Assembly (NCBI GenBank): GCA_043799545.1
Contig: JAZDNO010000009.1
Coordinates: 8,262-72,261, forward strand
Length of the DNA stretch: 64,000 bases
Direction of reading: 5' to 3'
Source of the DNA: Methanobacteriota archaeon
GTDB lineage: Archaea > Thermoplasmatota > Thermoplasmata > SG8-5 > DAIRED01
Shown one piece after another: positions 9,550 through 18,311 of the stretch (its first letter is position 1; each line of letters starts with the position of its first letter). Under the pieces are notes generated by a model. The model was not told the origin of the DNA. It saw nothing but the letters and a program-made list of their open reading frames with translations, and searched no databases. A program made the position numbers and the translations under genes.

Positions 9550-10089
9550 TCACCTGCGCCAGTACTTCATTATCGCAAATACGAGCAAAATGGCGGCTAT
9601 CGCGTGCATCAAAACACTTGATGGCAATTTGCCAAAGGGCATCAAGTTCAATCCCTCGATGGGGTCCCATGGCCAGAAAAGCGGGTTGTGCGGGTGGCTG
9701 AACAGGTCGATGAAAACGTGGCTGACTGTGCCCACCAACGCCGAAAAAACGACCGTCGGGTTGGTCATCCGCCGCTGGTTCGTGTCGATGCCTGCAAAAA
9801 TGTGCGCCCGGTCATTTGGATATTTGATGCTGAGCCAGGAGATTAGAGGCGCCGCAACGAAGTGCGCGTAGGCAAGGGCGAATATCATGTCGATTGTCAG
9901 CGCCCCCAATAACGAGTGCATCGGCCCCCTGGCGGCCTCCATGCCGCCCATGACGGGCCACATCAGAAGCAGTTCCATGTCGGGTATGAACGAGCCAATC
10001 GCCAGCGGGAGGAATTCCAGGCGCATTTTGAAGCGCGAGAAAACCGGCAGGGTGAAGCCTAGGTGGAGAGGGCCGACGGGCATTGGCAC
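9550..10089 (-). CDS. DUF4184-like / metal-dependent membrane hydrolase
   Basis: GPLH, GSFIPD, HSLLG, SHVFIDLFSH, PLFWP. Confidence 0.75.
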   Translation of the reverse strand: MPMPVGPLHLGFTLPVFSRFKMRLEFLPLAIGSFIPDMELLLMWPVMGGMEAARGPMHSLLGALTIDMIFALAYAHFVAAPLISWLSIKYPNDRAHIFAGIDTNQRRMTNPTVVFSALVGTVSHVFIDLFSHPHNPLFWPWDPIEGLNLMPFGKLPSSVLMHAIAAILLVFAIMKYWRR

Positions 10090-10177
10090 ATCAATGGACT
10101 ATGGGGTTAATACCGTTTGCCTCTTAGCATCCCAGCAACGGTTATATAGAATAGTAATCTACCCATGGTCGTAGAAT

Positions 10178-10355
10178 GCCGAGGTAGCTCGGGATGCGAC
10201 CGGGGTCGCAGACCGCGCGGACGAGCTGGCCAGCGTGCGAGGAGCTCGTCCAGCGCCGAGGGTTGCAGCAGCAACCCGAGGGCTACCGAATAAAAGCGTT
10301 AAGAAGCCGAGGTAGCTTGCGAGGGCGAACGAATTCGCCGAGCAAAAACCTCGGC
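10178..10355 (+). repeat. two structured elements starting with the tRNA-Ser 5' end (GCCGAGGTAGCT) upstream of tRNA-Ser(GGA)
   Basis: copies at 10178 and 10306; 10306..10355 is closed by GCCGAGGT/ACCTCGGC; GGACGAGCT/AGCTCGTCC hairpin at 10219..10251. Confidence 0.75.
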
Positions 10356-10371
10356 TAGCCGATAGCAAAGT

Positions 10372-10480
10372 GCCGAGGTGGCTCAGCCCGGTAAGGCGCG
10401 AGCCTGGAATCTCCCGCTTCGGCGGGAGGCTGAGAGCTCGTGGGGGCAACCCCTCGGGAGTTCAAATCTCCCCCTCGGCG
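10372..10480 (+). tRNA. tRNA-Ser(GGA) with 25-nt intron at 37/38 (10410..10434)
   Basis: acceptor GCCGAGG/CCTCGGC, anticodon stem CGAGC/GCTCG, long variable arm GGGG-GCAA-CCCC, T arm GGGAG-TTCAAAT-CTCCC, discriminator G; intron hairpin CTCCCGC-TTCG-GCGGGAG. Confidence 0.92.
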
Positions 10481-10503
10481 CTCATTTTATATTTATTCTG
10501 ATA

Positions 10504-10570
10504 CGCGCCGAGGGGAGACTAAATCTTTGGTGGCATTTTGCGTTCATACGATTTAGTCTTGCCTTCGGTG
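10504..10570 (+). repeat. downstream stem-loop element antisense to the tRNA 3' end
   Basis: CGCGCCGAGGGGAGACTAAATC; AGACTAAATC (10516..10525) pairs GATTTAGTCT (10550..10559); related element at 42333. Confidence 0.7.
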
Positions 10571-10642
10571 GCTAACTACCATCTCATTGTTCGACACCAT
10601 CGGTCCCCCCACGCAGGCTCTGGGTGGATGCCTCAACTTCGC

Positions 10643-11497
10643 TCAAGCGCCAGGCGCGGGCGGCATCCCGTAAGCCCCGCTGACCACGTTCTGCGGCGGC
10701 GGGACAGACCCCGCGAAGTCCTCAGCCAGCTTGCCCGTTACTGCGTAGCGGTAGAGCGCAGCCAGGAGCACGCTCTCGACGGCGCTCGACAGCACGGCAA
10801 TGAATATCCAGTAAGCCACGGCGATGAAGACGCAAACGACCAGGATGATAAGGCTTTGGGACAATATCCCCAGGGCCAGCGGGACGATGCCGACGATTGC
10901 CAGCAGGAAAAATATCAAGCCGGTGCCCATGTTGCCTATGAGCGCCTCCCCCCACGCTCCCCGGAGGACAGCGACGCTGCGCTTCACGGCCTTCCAGGGG
11001 GTCAAGCCTTCGTATATCAAAATAGGAACGACGAAGTAGGTTGCGATGGACCAGGCCATGCCAGCGATTCCCGACACGATTTTTCCTATTATACCGCCCT
11101 TCTCGGCTATCGCCCGCAATATCAGCGACACAGTCGCGGCGAAGAGCGCCCACATGAGTATTTCCTTTATCCGGCTCGCCGCAACGCGGATGCCGTCGGA
11201 TACTGTGGGGTCCCCCCCGTTCAATCGAATCATGGCCGCGCCCACGACCGCGGCGTTGAAGAATATTATGATGAAGTTCGTCAGCAGGTAGAAGACGAAT
11301 CCAAGCGCGACCGTCAGATAGAGCGTCACGCCGGTCGAATCGAAGATGTTGAAGAACCAAACGTAACCGAAGAACGTCCCCCACAGGACGAGTGTGGTTA
11401 TCCCGGAAATCAGGGGCAGGACCAGCAGCTCCTTGTCCTTCCTAATTACCCTGAAGCTCAGCTTCGTCAAGTCCCAGCCGCGACCGAACATCCCCAT
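10643..11497 (-). CDS. DUF6159-like membrane protein
   Basis: RGWDLTKLSF...DKELLVLP, FFNAAVV, GDPTVSDG, AWSIATYFVVP, WGEALIGN. Confidence 0.8.
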   Translation of the reverse strand: MGMFGRGWDLTKLSFRVIRKDKELLVLPLISGITTLVLWGTFFGYVWFFNIFDSTGVTLYLTVALGFVFYLLTNFIIIFFNAAVVGAAMIRLNGGDPTVSDGIRVAASRIKEILMWALFAATVSLILRAIAEKGGIIGKIVSGIAGMAWSIATYFVVPILIYEGLTPWKAVKRSVAVLRGAWGEALIGNMGTGLIFFLLAIVGIVPLALGILSQSLIILVVCVFIAVAYWIFIAVLSSAVESVLLAALYRYAVTGKLAEDFAGSVPPPQNVVSGAYGMPPAPGA

Positions 11498-11630
11498 GTG
11501 TTCACCTTACACACCGAAATCGCGTGCTGTTTTAAAAGGGTATCGTTGGATTCCCCGCCGATTTTCTTCAGTATTCTGTCCAACGAGAGGGCAATTGCTC
11601 AGCACCTCTCTCGAATGGAGTATCAATCTC

Positions 11631-11927
11631 TCAGTATTCTCTCCAACTAGCCTTGCACTTGCAGCACCTGAATATCTTCGTCTCGGGCTCGTCGGACTTT
11701 CTTGTCTGGCGCAGGGTGTAGAACGCCTCGTTGTGGCCGCATTTGGGGCACTCGGCGGGCATCCTCGGCAGGACATCCTCCACATCCTCTAGGACAACGA
11801 TTTCATGCTCCTTGCAGGCGCGGAGCTCCCCCTTCTCCTCGGGTGGCTTGGCTTCGGTGTTGCACTTCTTGCAGACCCACCTGCCATTTTCCCTCGTCAG
11901 GAGGCACTTGCACTTCTCGCAGAACAT
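11631..11927 (-). CDS. tfs: transcription factor S (TFS/RpoM)
   Basis: MFCEKC...VCKKC, CPKCGH...QTRKSDEPETKIFRCCKC with the acidic DE dyad intact. Confidence 0.93.
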   Translation of the reverse strand: MFCEKCKCLLTRENGRWVCKKCNTEAKPPEEKGELRACKEHEIVVLEDVEDVLPRMPAECPKCGHNEAFYTLRQTRKSDEPETKIFRCCKCKASWREY

Positions 11928-12008
11928 GCCCCGTCCATCATGGGATAGGGATATAACTTTTTCGGGGGCGCGTGCAAACGTTATAATACGACGGCGGTGC
12001 TTACTGGT

Positions 12009-12257
12009 ATGAGAAACATGGAACGAGTTTACGTTCTTATGGACGTCGAGCGCACGAAACTGGACCTTGCGATGGCAGCTCTGGGTGAGATACCCGGAGT
12101 CGTGAGAGTCGACCCGGTCACCGGCGCGCACGACCTGGTCGTGATCGTGGACGGAGAAGACCTGCCCAAGCTCCTGGGCAGCGTAATAAGGAGGCTGAGG
12201 GACGTTGACGGCGTGAAGGCCACGGAGACCCTGGTCGCGATAAAACCGCCCCGCTAA
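12009..12257 (+). CDS. stand-alone Lrp/AsnC ligand-binding (RAM) domain protein
   Basis: VYVLMDVE...PGVVRVDPVTGAHDLVVIV...DVDGVKATETLV. Confidence 0.85.
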   Translation: MRNMERVYVLMDVERTKLDLAMAALGEIPGVVRVDPVTGAHDLVVIVDGEDLPKLLGSVIRRLRDVDGVKATETLVAIKPPR

Positions 12258-12364
12258 GCTGCAAAAGGTTGAAATACCAGAAGCCACTACGCCTTTTCGC
12301 CCGAGGCGCGAAAGCGAGTAATCGGTTTTGCATCTAGGGCAGTAAATAGAACGGAGGAATATAA

Positions 12365-13666
12365 ATGGCTGAGAAGCCCCATATGAATCTGGTGTTCATA
12401 GGACACGTCGACCACGGAAAGTCAACCACAGTAGGCCGAGTCTTATTGGACACTGGTCACATCGACCAGCACACGATCGAGGAACTGAAGAAGGAAGCTG
12501 CCAAGGTCGGAAAGGCGACGTTCGAGTTCGCCTTCGTCATGGACAGGCTGAAGGAAGAGCGCGAGCGCGGAATAACCATCGATGTCGCCCACAAGGAGTT
12601 CAAGAGCGACAAGTATTACTTCACAATCATAGACGCGCCCGGCCACAGGGACTTCGTCAAGAACATGATCACTGGCACGAGCCAGGCCGATGCTGCGGTC
12701 CTTATCGTATCCGCTCCGGACGGAATCATGGAGCAGACGAAGGAACACATGTACCTCGCCAAGGTGCTCGGCGTCGGGCAGATGATTGTCGCGCTGAACA
12801 AGATGGACGCGACGAAGCCCGTCTACGACGAGAAGATATACAACCAGCGCAAGGACGAGGTCACAAAGATGATGAAGAACGTTGGCTGGAAGGATGACCA
12901 GTTCTCCGTCTTGCCGATATCCGCTTACAAGGGCGACAACGTCTTCAAGGGCGTTGGCGAAATGACCTGGTACAAAGGCGACTCGCTCGTAGGGGCTCTC
13001 AACAAGCTCAAGGAGCCGGCCAAGAACACGGACAAGGCCGTGCGCGTGCCGATACAGGATGTTTACACAATCACGGGCATCGGAACGGTCCCTGTCGGCC
13101 GCGTCGAATGCGGAATCCTGAAGCCGGAAACGAAGGTCATCTTCATGCCGTCCAACAAGGTCGGCGAGGTCAAGAGCATCGAGATGCACCACCAGCAGCT
13201 CCCCGAGGCCAGGCCCGGAGACAACGTCGGCTTGAACGTGAGGGGAATCGGAAAGACAGACATCCACAGGGGAGACGTCCTAGGTCCGGTCGAAAGCCCG
13301 CCGATGGTCGCCAAGAGCTTCACGGCGCAGCTGATGGTCCTTAACCACCCGTCGGTGGTCACCGTCGGTTACACCCCAGTCTTCCACTGCCACACCGCGC
13401 AGGTCGCATGCACCTTCATCGAACTCGTGAGCCTGCTCGACCCGAAGACCGGCCAGCCTTACAAGGAGAAGGAGGGCCAGATAAAGGACGGAGTCGTCCA
13501 GTTCCTCAAGACCGGAGACGCTGCAGTCGTCAAGATACAGCCGTCGAGGCCGATGGTCATCGAGACGAAGGAAGCCTTCCCGCAGCTCTCGAGGTTCGCG
13601 GTCAGGGACATGGGCGCGACGGTCGCGGCAGGAATATGCATCGCTGTTGAAAAGAAGGAGATGTAA
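12365..13666 (+). CDS. tuf: elongation factor 1-alpha
   Basis: GHVDHGKST, ERERGITID, DAPGHRDFVKNMITG, NKMD, RFAVRDMG. Confidence 0.99.
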   Translation: MAEKPHMNLVFIGHVDHGKSTTVGRVLLDTGHIDQHTIEELKKEAAKVGKATFEFAFVMDRLKEERERGITIDVAHKEFKSDKYYFTIIDAPGHRDFVKNMITGTSQADAAVLIVSAPDGIMEQTKEHMYLAKVLGVGQMIVALNKMDATKPVYDEKIYNQRKDEVTKMMKNVGWKDDQFSVLPISAYKGDNVFKGVGEMTWYKGDSLVGALNKLKEPAKNTDKAVRVPIQDVYTITGIGTVPVGRVECGILKPETKVIFMPSNKVGEVKSIEMHHQQLPEARPGDNVGLNVRGIGKTDIHRGDVLGPVESPPMVAKSFTAQLMVLNHPSVVTVGYTPVFHCHTAQVACTFIELVSLLDPKTGQPYKEKEGQIKDGVVQFLKTGDAAVVKIQPSRPMVIETKEAFPQLSRFAVRDMGATVAAGICIAVEKKEM

Positions 13667-13690
13667 GCGAGTTATCTCGCCGGGTGTGAC

Positions 13691-14002
13691 ATGGCACAAA
13701 GGGCACGCATCTCGCTCAGCGGAACCGACCCCAAGAAGGTGGACGGCGTCTGCATGCAGATAAAAACGATATCGGAACGCACGGGCGTGTGCATGAGCGG
13801 CCCGATACCCCTGCCTACCAAGAAGCTCCTCGTTCCTGTACGGAAGAGCCCGGACGGAGAGGGGAGCGAGACCTGGGAGCGCTGGGAGATGCGCATACAC
13901 AAGCGGCTAATCGACTTAGACGCGGACGAGCGCGCCCTCAGGCAGCTCATGCGCATACAGGTGCCCGACGGCGTCAACATCGAAATCATACTGAGGTCCT
14001 GA
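13691..14002 (+). CDS. rpsJ: 30S ribosomal protein uS10
   Basis: ARISLSG...SGPIPLPTK...[25 protein letters not shown]. Confidence 0.99.
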   Translation: MAQRARISLSGTDPKKVDGVCMQIKTISERTGVCMSGPIPLPTKKLLVPVRKSPDGEGSETWERWEMRIHKRLIDLDADERALRQLMRIQVPDGVNIEIILRS

Positions 14003-14006
14003 GCGG

Positions 14007-16214
14007 CTACTTGCCCAGAGCCTCGACAAAAGCCTTCCCGATTTTCCCTTTCTTCTCTTCTTTCTTCTCTTTCGACTGCTCCCTGAGCTTGGCAGCCACT
14101 TCCGTGTCGCCGGCTGCCTCGAGCGCATCTGCCAGAACCCCCGAGGCATCGTTGGAATCGGGCTCCATTTTAAGGGCTTCCCTCGCGCAGACGACCCCCA
14201 TCTTCGGCTTTCCCAATCGGATGTGAACCTTCGCCCTGGCGGTCCAGGCGTTCGAGCCTGCTCCCGTGCCTATCGCAGCGTCCAGCGCCTTCGCGGAGCC
14301 TTTCAGGTCGCCCGACGCCAGCCGAGCCTCGCCAAGCCCGAGCCAAGCGTCGCCGAAAGAGTCGTTTGATTTGAGAGCTGACTCGAACGCCGCAACCGCG
14401 TCGGTGTTGGCGCCGGCAGCCAACAGCACGTTGCCCTTTGCCACAAGCTCGGACGGCGTCTTGGCATCGAAAGCCAGCGCGGCCTTTGCTGCCCCATGTA
14501 TTTTGCCGAGGGAAATAAGCGCCCTCGCGAGAGACAAACTGGCCCCGCGGTCCCCGGCGTCGGCCGCCGCTTCCAGCTTCTGCGCAGCCTCGGCGTCCCG
14601 GCCCAACTCCAGTAGCGCCTCGCCTTCCGCGACGCCTATAGACGGGTGGATAATGGACAGGCTCCTGGCCTCCTCGCAGGCCTTCAGAGCCTCCTGCGCG
14701 TCGCCCATGCCGAGGAGCAGGCGCGCCTTGGTCGCCCACGGCTTCGGGTCATCCGGGGCGAACGGAACCCGCGCATCGACGCAGACCAGCGCGTCCCTGT
14801 ATCTCTTCAGCGTCGTCGTGAGCTCCTCCTTCTCCTGGAGAAGCTTGGGGTCGGGGGAGCCGCCCATCAGGTAGTCTATCGCGCGCAATGCTTCGTTCCT
14901 GCAGAGAGCAGCCTCGGCGTGGTTGCCGACGAGCACCATCATCTTCGCCCTCATCTCCCAGGCCTCCACGAACGCGGGATTGAGGGATATTGCGTTGTTC
15001 AGCGCGTCTATGGCTTCGTCCGGCCTGCCGAGCCATTCTAGGACCTCCGCCTTTGCGAACCACGAGTGGTCGTAGTTCGGGTTCAGCTCCAGCGATTGGA
15101 TGATGAGCTCCAGCCCCTCGTCCAGCTCCCCGAGCCTGGCCACGTCGTGGCCTTTGGCGTAGAGCGCGTAGTCGAAGTCGGGCCGAATCTCCAGCGAGCG
15201 CGAGTGGTACGGTATCGCCTCGGAGTATTTCACCATCTTGTCAAGAGCGTTCCCTATGTTGTTCCAGGCTATCTCGTAGTCCGGCATGACATCTATGGCC
15301 TTCTCGAAATACGGGATGCTCTCCTCCCATCGGTCCAGGTTGTAGAGGGCGTTGCCGAGGTTGTTCCACACGACCTCGTCGCCGGCGTCCAGCTCGACGA
15401 CCTTTCTGTAGCATTCCACAGCCCGTTCCAGCTGGCCAGATGCATGGTAGGTGTAGCCCTTGTTGTACCACGCGTGCTTGTAGGCCGGGTCTATCTCTAT
15501 GGCCTGGTCGTAGCTGTCCACTGCCTCGGAGTAGAGCCCGAGCATGAAATATGTGAAGCCCTTGTTGTTCCACGCCTCGGCGTTGCCTGGGTCGAGGCGG
15601 ATGACCTGCTCGAACGCCCGTATCGCGTCGTCCCACCGCTCCATGGCGTAGTAGGCGTTGCCGAGAAGGTTCCAGGCGTCCAAGTTTTCCGGGTCTATCT
15701 CGAGGGCGATGTCGTACGCCTCTATCGCGCCCTCCGAGTCTCCCGTCTGTTCCAGCAGCTGGCCCTTGCGCATCCAGTGCGCCTGGTCGTCCGGCTCCGT
15801 CTCCAGGAGGTCTTCGAAGATGTCCAGCGCCTCGTCGGCCTGGCCCATCTGCACGAGCGCAGACGCCTTGTCGTGCCAGGCGGCCACGTTGTTCGGGTTC
15901 AGCTCTATGGCGGTGTCGTACGCATCCAGGGACTCGTCTTGCTTGCCGAGGTAGCACAGGGTGTTCCCCTTGTTGTGCCAGGCGGTGTCATACGCCGGGT
16001 CGATGGCGATCGCGCGCTCGTACCAGGAAAGCGCCTCGTCGTGGCGCCCCACGGCATCCAGCGCGACGCCGAGATTGTTGTTCAGTACCGCGTCCTCGGG
16101 GAAGCGGGTCAGCGCGGCCTCGAAGCGCTCGATGGCCTCCGGGTACATCCCGTGGTCGCACAGGGTCGTCCCGCGCAGGTAGTCATCGTCCTCCTCCAGT
16201 TCCTCCTGCGTCAG
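14007..16214 (-). CDS. large TPR-repeat protein (~735 aa)
   Basis: many 34-aa repeats (AWHNKG, AWNNKG, VWNNLGNAL); start placed at the CTG overlapping the upstream TGA and is uncertain. Confidence 0.85.
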   Translation of the reverse strand: MTQEELEEDDDYLRGTTLCDHGMYPEAIERFEAALTRFPEDAVLNNNLGVALDAVGRHDEALSWYERAIAIDPAYDTAWHNKGNTLCYLGKQDESLDAYDTAIELNPNNVAAWHDKASALVQMGQADEALDIFEDLLETEPDDQAHWMRKGQLLEQTGDSEGAIEAYDIALEIDPENLDAWNLLGNAYYAMERWDDAIRAFEQVIRLDPGNAEAWNNKGFTYFMLGLYSEAVDSYDQAIEIDPAYKHAWYNKGYTYHASGQLERAVECYRKVVELDAGDEVVWNNLGNALYNLDRWEESIPYFEKAIDVMPDYEIAWNNIGNALDKMVKYSEAIPYHSRSLEIRPDFDYALYAKGHDVARLGELDEGLELIIQSLELNPNYDHSWFAKAEVLEWLGRPDEAIDALNNAISLNPAFVEAWEMRAKMMVLVGNHAEAALCRNEALRAIDYLMGGSPDPKLLQEKEELTTTLKRYRDALVCVDARVPFAPDDPKPWATKARLLLGMGDAQEALKACEEARSLSIIHPSIGVAEGEALLELGRDAEAAQKLEAAADAGDRGASLSLARALISLGKIHGAAKAALAFDAKTPSELVAKGNVLLAAGANTDAVAAFESALKSNDSFGDAWLGLGEARLASGDLKGSAKALDAAIGTGAGSNAWTARAKVHIRLGKPKMGVVCAREALKMEPDSNDASGVLADALEAAGDTEVAAKLREQSKEKKEEKKGKIGKAFVEALGK

Positions 16215-17644
16215 CTCCCCGCCCCCAGCTGCTTTCTGACGAGTTCCGACGCTATGCCCAAAAACTCCATCTCCCTGCCGGCTGGCACCGTCGCCCCGGC
16301 CGCTATGTTGTGGCCGCCGCCGAACCCGCCGACGCGCTCCGAGGCCGCCTTCATTATCGCGGAGAGGTCCAGCCCCCTGGCCACCATCTCCCTGGTGCCC
16401 CGTGCGGAGACCTTGACTCCGTCGTCGGCCCGCGCCAGTCCGAAAATCGGCACGTCGCGCCGCGCCCCGTCCGAATTGAGGGCCATGCCCGCCACCGTCC
16501 CGACGACGCTGTCCATGATTCTGTCGCCAGCATCGAAATACTGCAGGCCGTCCATCCCGTTGATGCCCACGTCGCGCACGACCTGAAGGCAATCGACCAG
16601 GTTGCGCCTGTGCCCCTGCTGGAGTCCGTAGGCCTCCTGGAGGATTTTTCCCCTGTCGCCCATCGCCACGCCGAGGCCGATATCGCCCTTCTCATAACGG
16701 CCACATGAATTGAGCAGGGTCGCAAACTCCTTCGCGTCGTGGAGGGGCGTACCTGGCTCCTCCTCGGTAAGGATGTAAACCTCCGAGGTGAGCTTCGAAG
16801 GTTGGTCGTGCTTGGCCAGCAGGGCTTCGAGGCGCTGGATAATCCGCATCCTCTCCCCCCGGTTGAGGTCTATCCACCTGCGCCAGTTCTCCCCGTCGCG
16901 GAGCTTTATCTTGGCGTCTATCATGAACCTGATGCAGGCCTCCTCGTCGTTTGCCAGTCCGGGAAGCTTCGGGTCGGACTGGTACTGAAGCATCTTGTAT
17001 GCCGGGCGCGTCTCCCTGCCGAAGAACGAGATGTCCTCCATCGCCTCGACGAGGCCTGTCTTCCTGGCATCTTCGAGTATGCCTGCGTTGAGCCCGCCCA
17101 GCTTCCCGGTGCTCCGGTCCTGGAGGTCTCCGACCGCGCCGATGATGGCTATCGGCGAAAGCATGACGTTTCGCGGGTCGATTGACTTGGCCACCAGATA
17201 TGCCGCTCCGGCTCCGCTGAGCTCCCTGCCCCCGTCGAGCCCGATGAGGTGGGGGTTGACTTGCGGAATCGTGGAATCTATAACGTCGAGGGCTTCGGCC
17301 AGCCTCGTGAGGTCCATCCTCTGCGCCGCGGTCGGCTCGCCTCCGGCCGATGGGACGTGGTGGTCGGTGATTATCGCATCCAACCCCTTCAGCATGGGAA
17401 GCTGGCCGCTGCCGAGGTCAGTGAGCCAAATCAGCCGCTTCTCGGCGCGGAGCGCCGCTGCGGCTGGCTCGTCGAGCTTCTTGAGAAATCGAATCTCATA
17501 TGGAACAGATAGGGCTTCCAGCGTCCTGGATGCTATGGCTCCCGCGCATATCCCGTCTGCGTCGATATGGGTTACGACGATGGCGGACTTCGCAGTGCGG
17601 ACGGCTTCGGCGGCGCGCGCTATCTCGTTGTCGAGTATGCTCAT
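16211..17644 (-). CDS. DHH family RecJ/Cdc45-like exonuclease
   Basis: THIDADGICAG, TDLGSG, TDHH, GAVGD, SARG, GGGHNIAAG. Confidence 0.92.
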   Translation of the reverse strand: MSILDNEIARAAEAVRTAKSAIVVTHIDADGICAGAIASRTLEALSVPYEIRFLKKLDEPAAAALRAEKRLIWLTDLGSGQLPMLKGLDAIITDHHVPSAGGEPTAAQRMDLTRLAEALDVIDSTIPQVNPHLIGLDGGRELSGAGAAYLVAKSIDPRNVMLSPIAIIGAVGDLQDRSTGKLGGLNAGILEDARKTGLVEAMEDISFFGRETRPAYKMLQYQSDPKLPGLANDEEACIRFMIDAKIKLRDGENWRRWIDLNRGERMRIIQRLEALLAKHDQPSKLTSEVYILTEEEPGTPLHDAKEFATLLNSCGRYEKGDIGLGVAMGDRGKILQEAYGLQQGHRRNLVDCLQVVRDVGINGMDGLQYFDAGDRIMDSVVGTVAGMALNSDGARRDVPIFGLARADDGVKVSARGTREMVARGLDLSAIMKAASERVGGFGGGHNIAAGATVPAGREMEFLGIASELVRKQLGAGS

Positions 17645-17713
17645 CGAGCGACCATATTGGCACGGGGTAGAATAAAATTACCGCTGGAAAAAGAGGTTTC
17701 AGGCTCGGCACGG

Positions 17714-18097
17714 CTACTTCTGTTCGCCCTCGAGCTTGTGCTCTATGCTCCTTAGCCTGTCGGCCAGCTTCTTCTCCGCGGATACTAGCTTCTCCTCGGC
17801 GTGGTGCGCCGCGCCGCTGAGCTTCTGCATCGCCGTCTCGTCCTGCGGGGCTCCGGATGTCGGGACCCACTTCGGGAAGTACTTCAGGAGCACGATGTCG
17901 CCTACGTGCGCAACCCACCTGAACGGCACTGCCACGGAGTAAGAGTTCTCCACGACCAGCGGGTTCGGGTTGCTGATGTAGAGGCTCTCGATGGCGCACC
18001 TGTCCGTCTCGAGTATGACGTCGTCGATGTTGCCCAGGGAGATGCCCTTGTCCGTGTACACTTCCATTCCGACCACGTCGCTGAGTTCAGTTAGCAT
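17714..18097 (-). CDS. PRC-barrel domain protein with C-terminal helical tail
   Basis: GMEVYTDKGISLGNIDDV...VPFRWVAHVGDIVLL; GGTGA RBS upstream of ATG. Confidence 0.88.
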   Translation of the reverse strand: MLTELSDVVGMEVYTDKGISLGNIDDVILETDRCAIESLYISNPNPLVVENSYSVAVPFRWVAHVGDIVLLKYFPKWVPTSGAPQDETAMQKLSGAAHHAEEKLVSAEKKLADRLRSIEHKLEGEQK

Positions 18098-18311
18098 AGC
18101 TATCACCGAGGGTATTACGGAACACTTTAATATACGTTAGGGTAGAAACACTTTAGGTAATGTGTGGGCGGGCGGGAGGGGGGCGGGTGCATAGCGTGGA
18201 CCAGGGCGGGAGCCGCCGGGTGGATGGGTATGGGGGGAGCGAGAAGGCGCTGCCATTCGTTGGCACAACCTTTTTACCGGAGCAGCCCGTTAGCCATATC
18301 AGGTAGACAAA

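Noticed and set aside
10404-10440. Alternative splicing giving a TGA anticodon from the GGA tRNA
   Set aside because: A 33/34 intron has no supporting BHB, and a separate tRNA-Ser(TGA) exists
15066-16586. Long antisense ORFs (also 40157..41680, 56664..58511, 2460..3782, 25625..26743)
   Set aside because: Shadow frames of clear genes in GC-rich DNA; no motifs of their own
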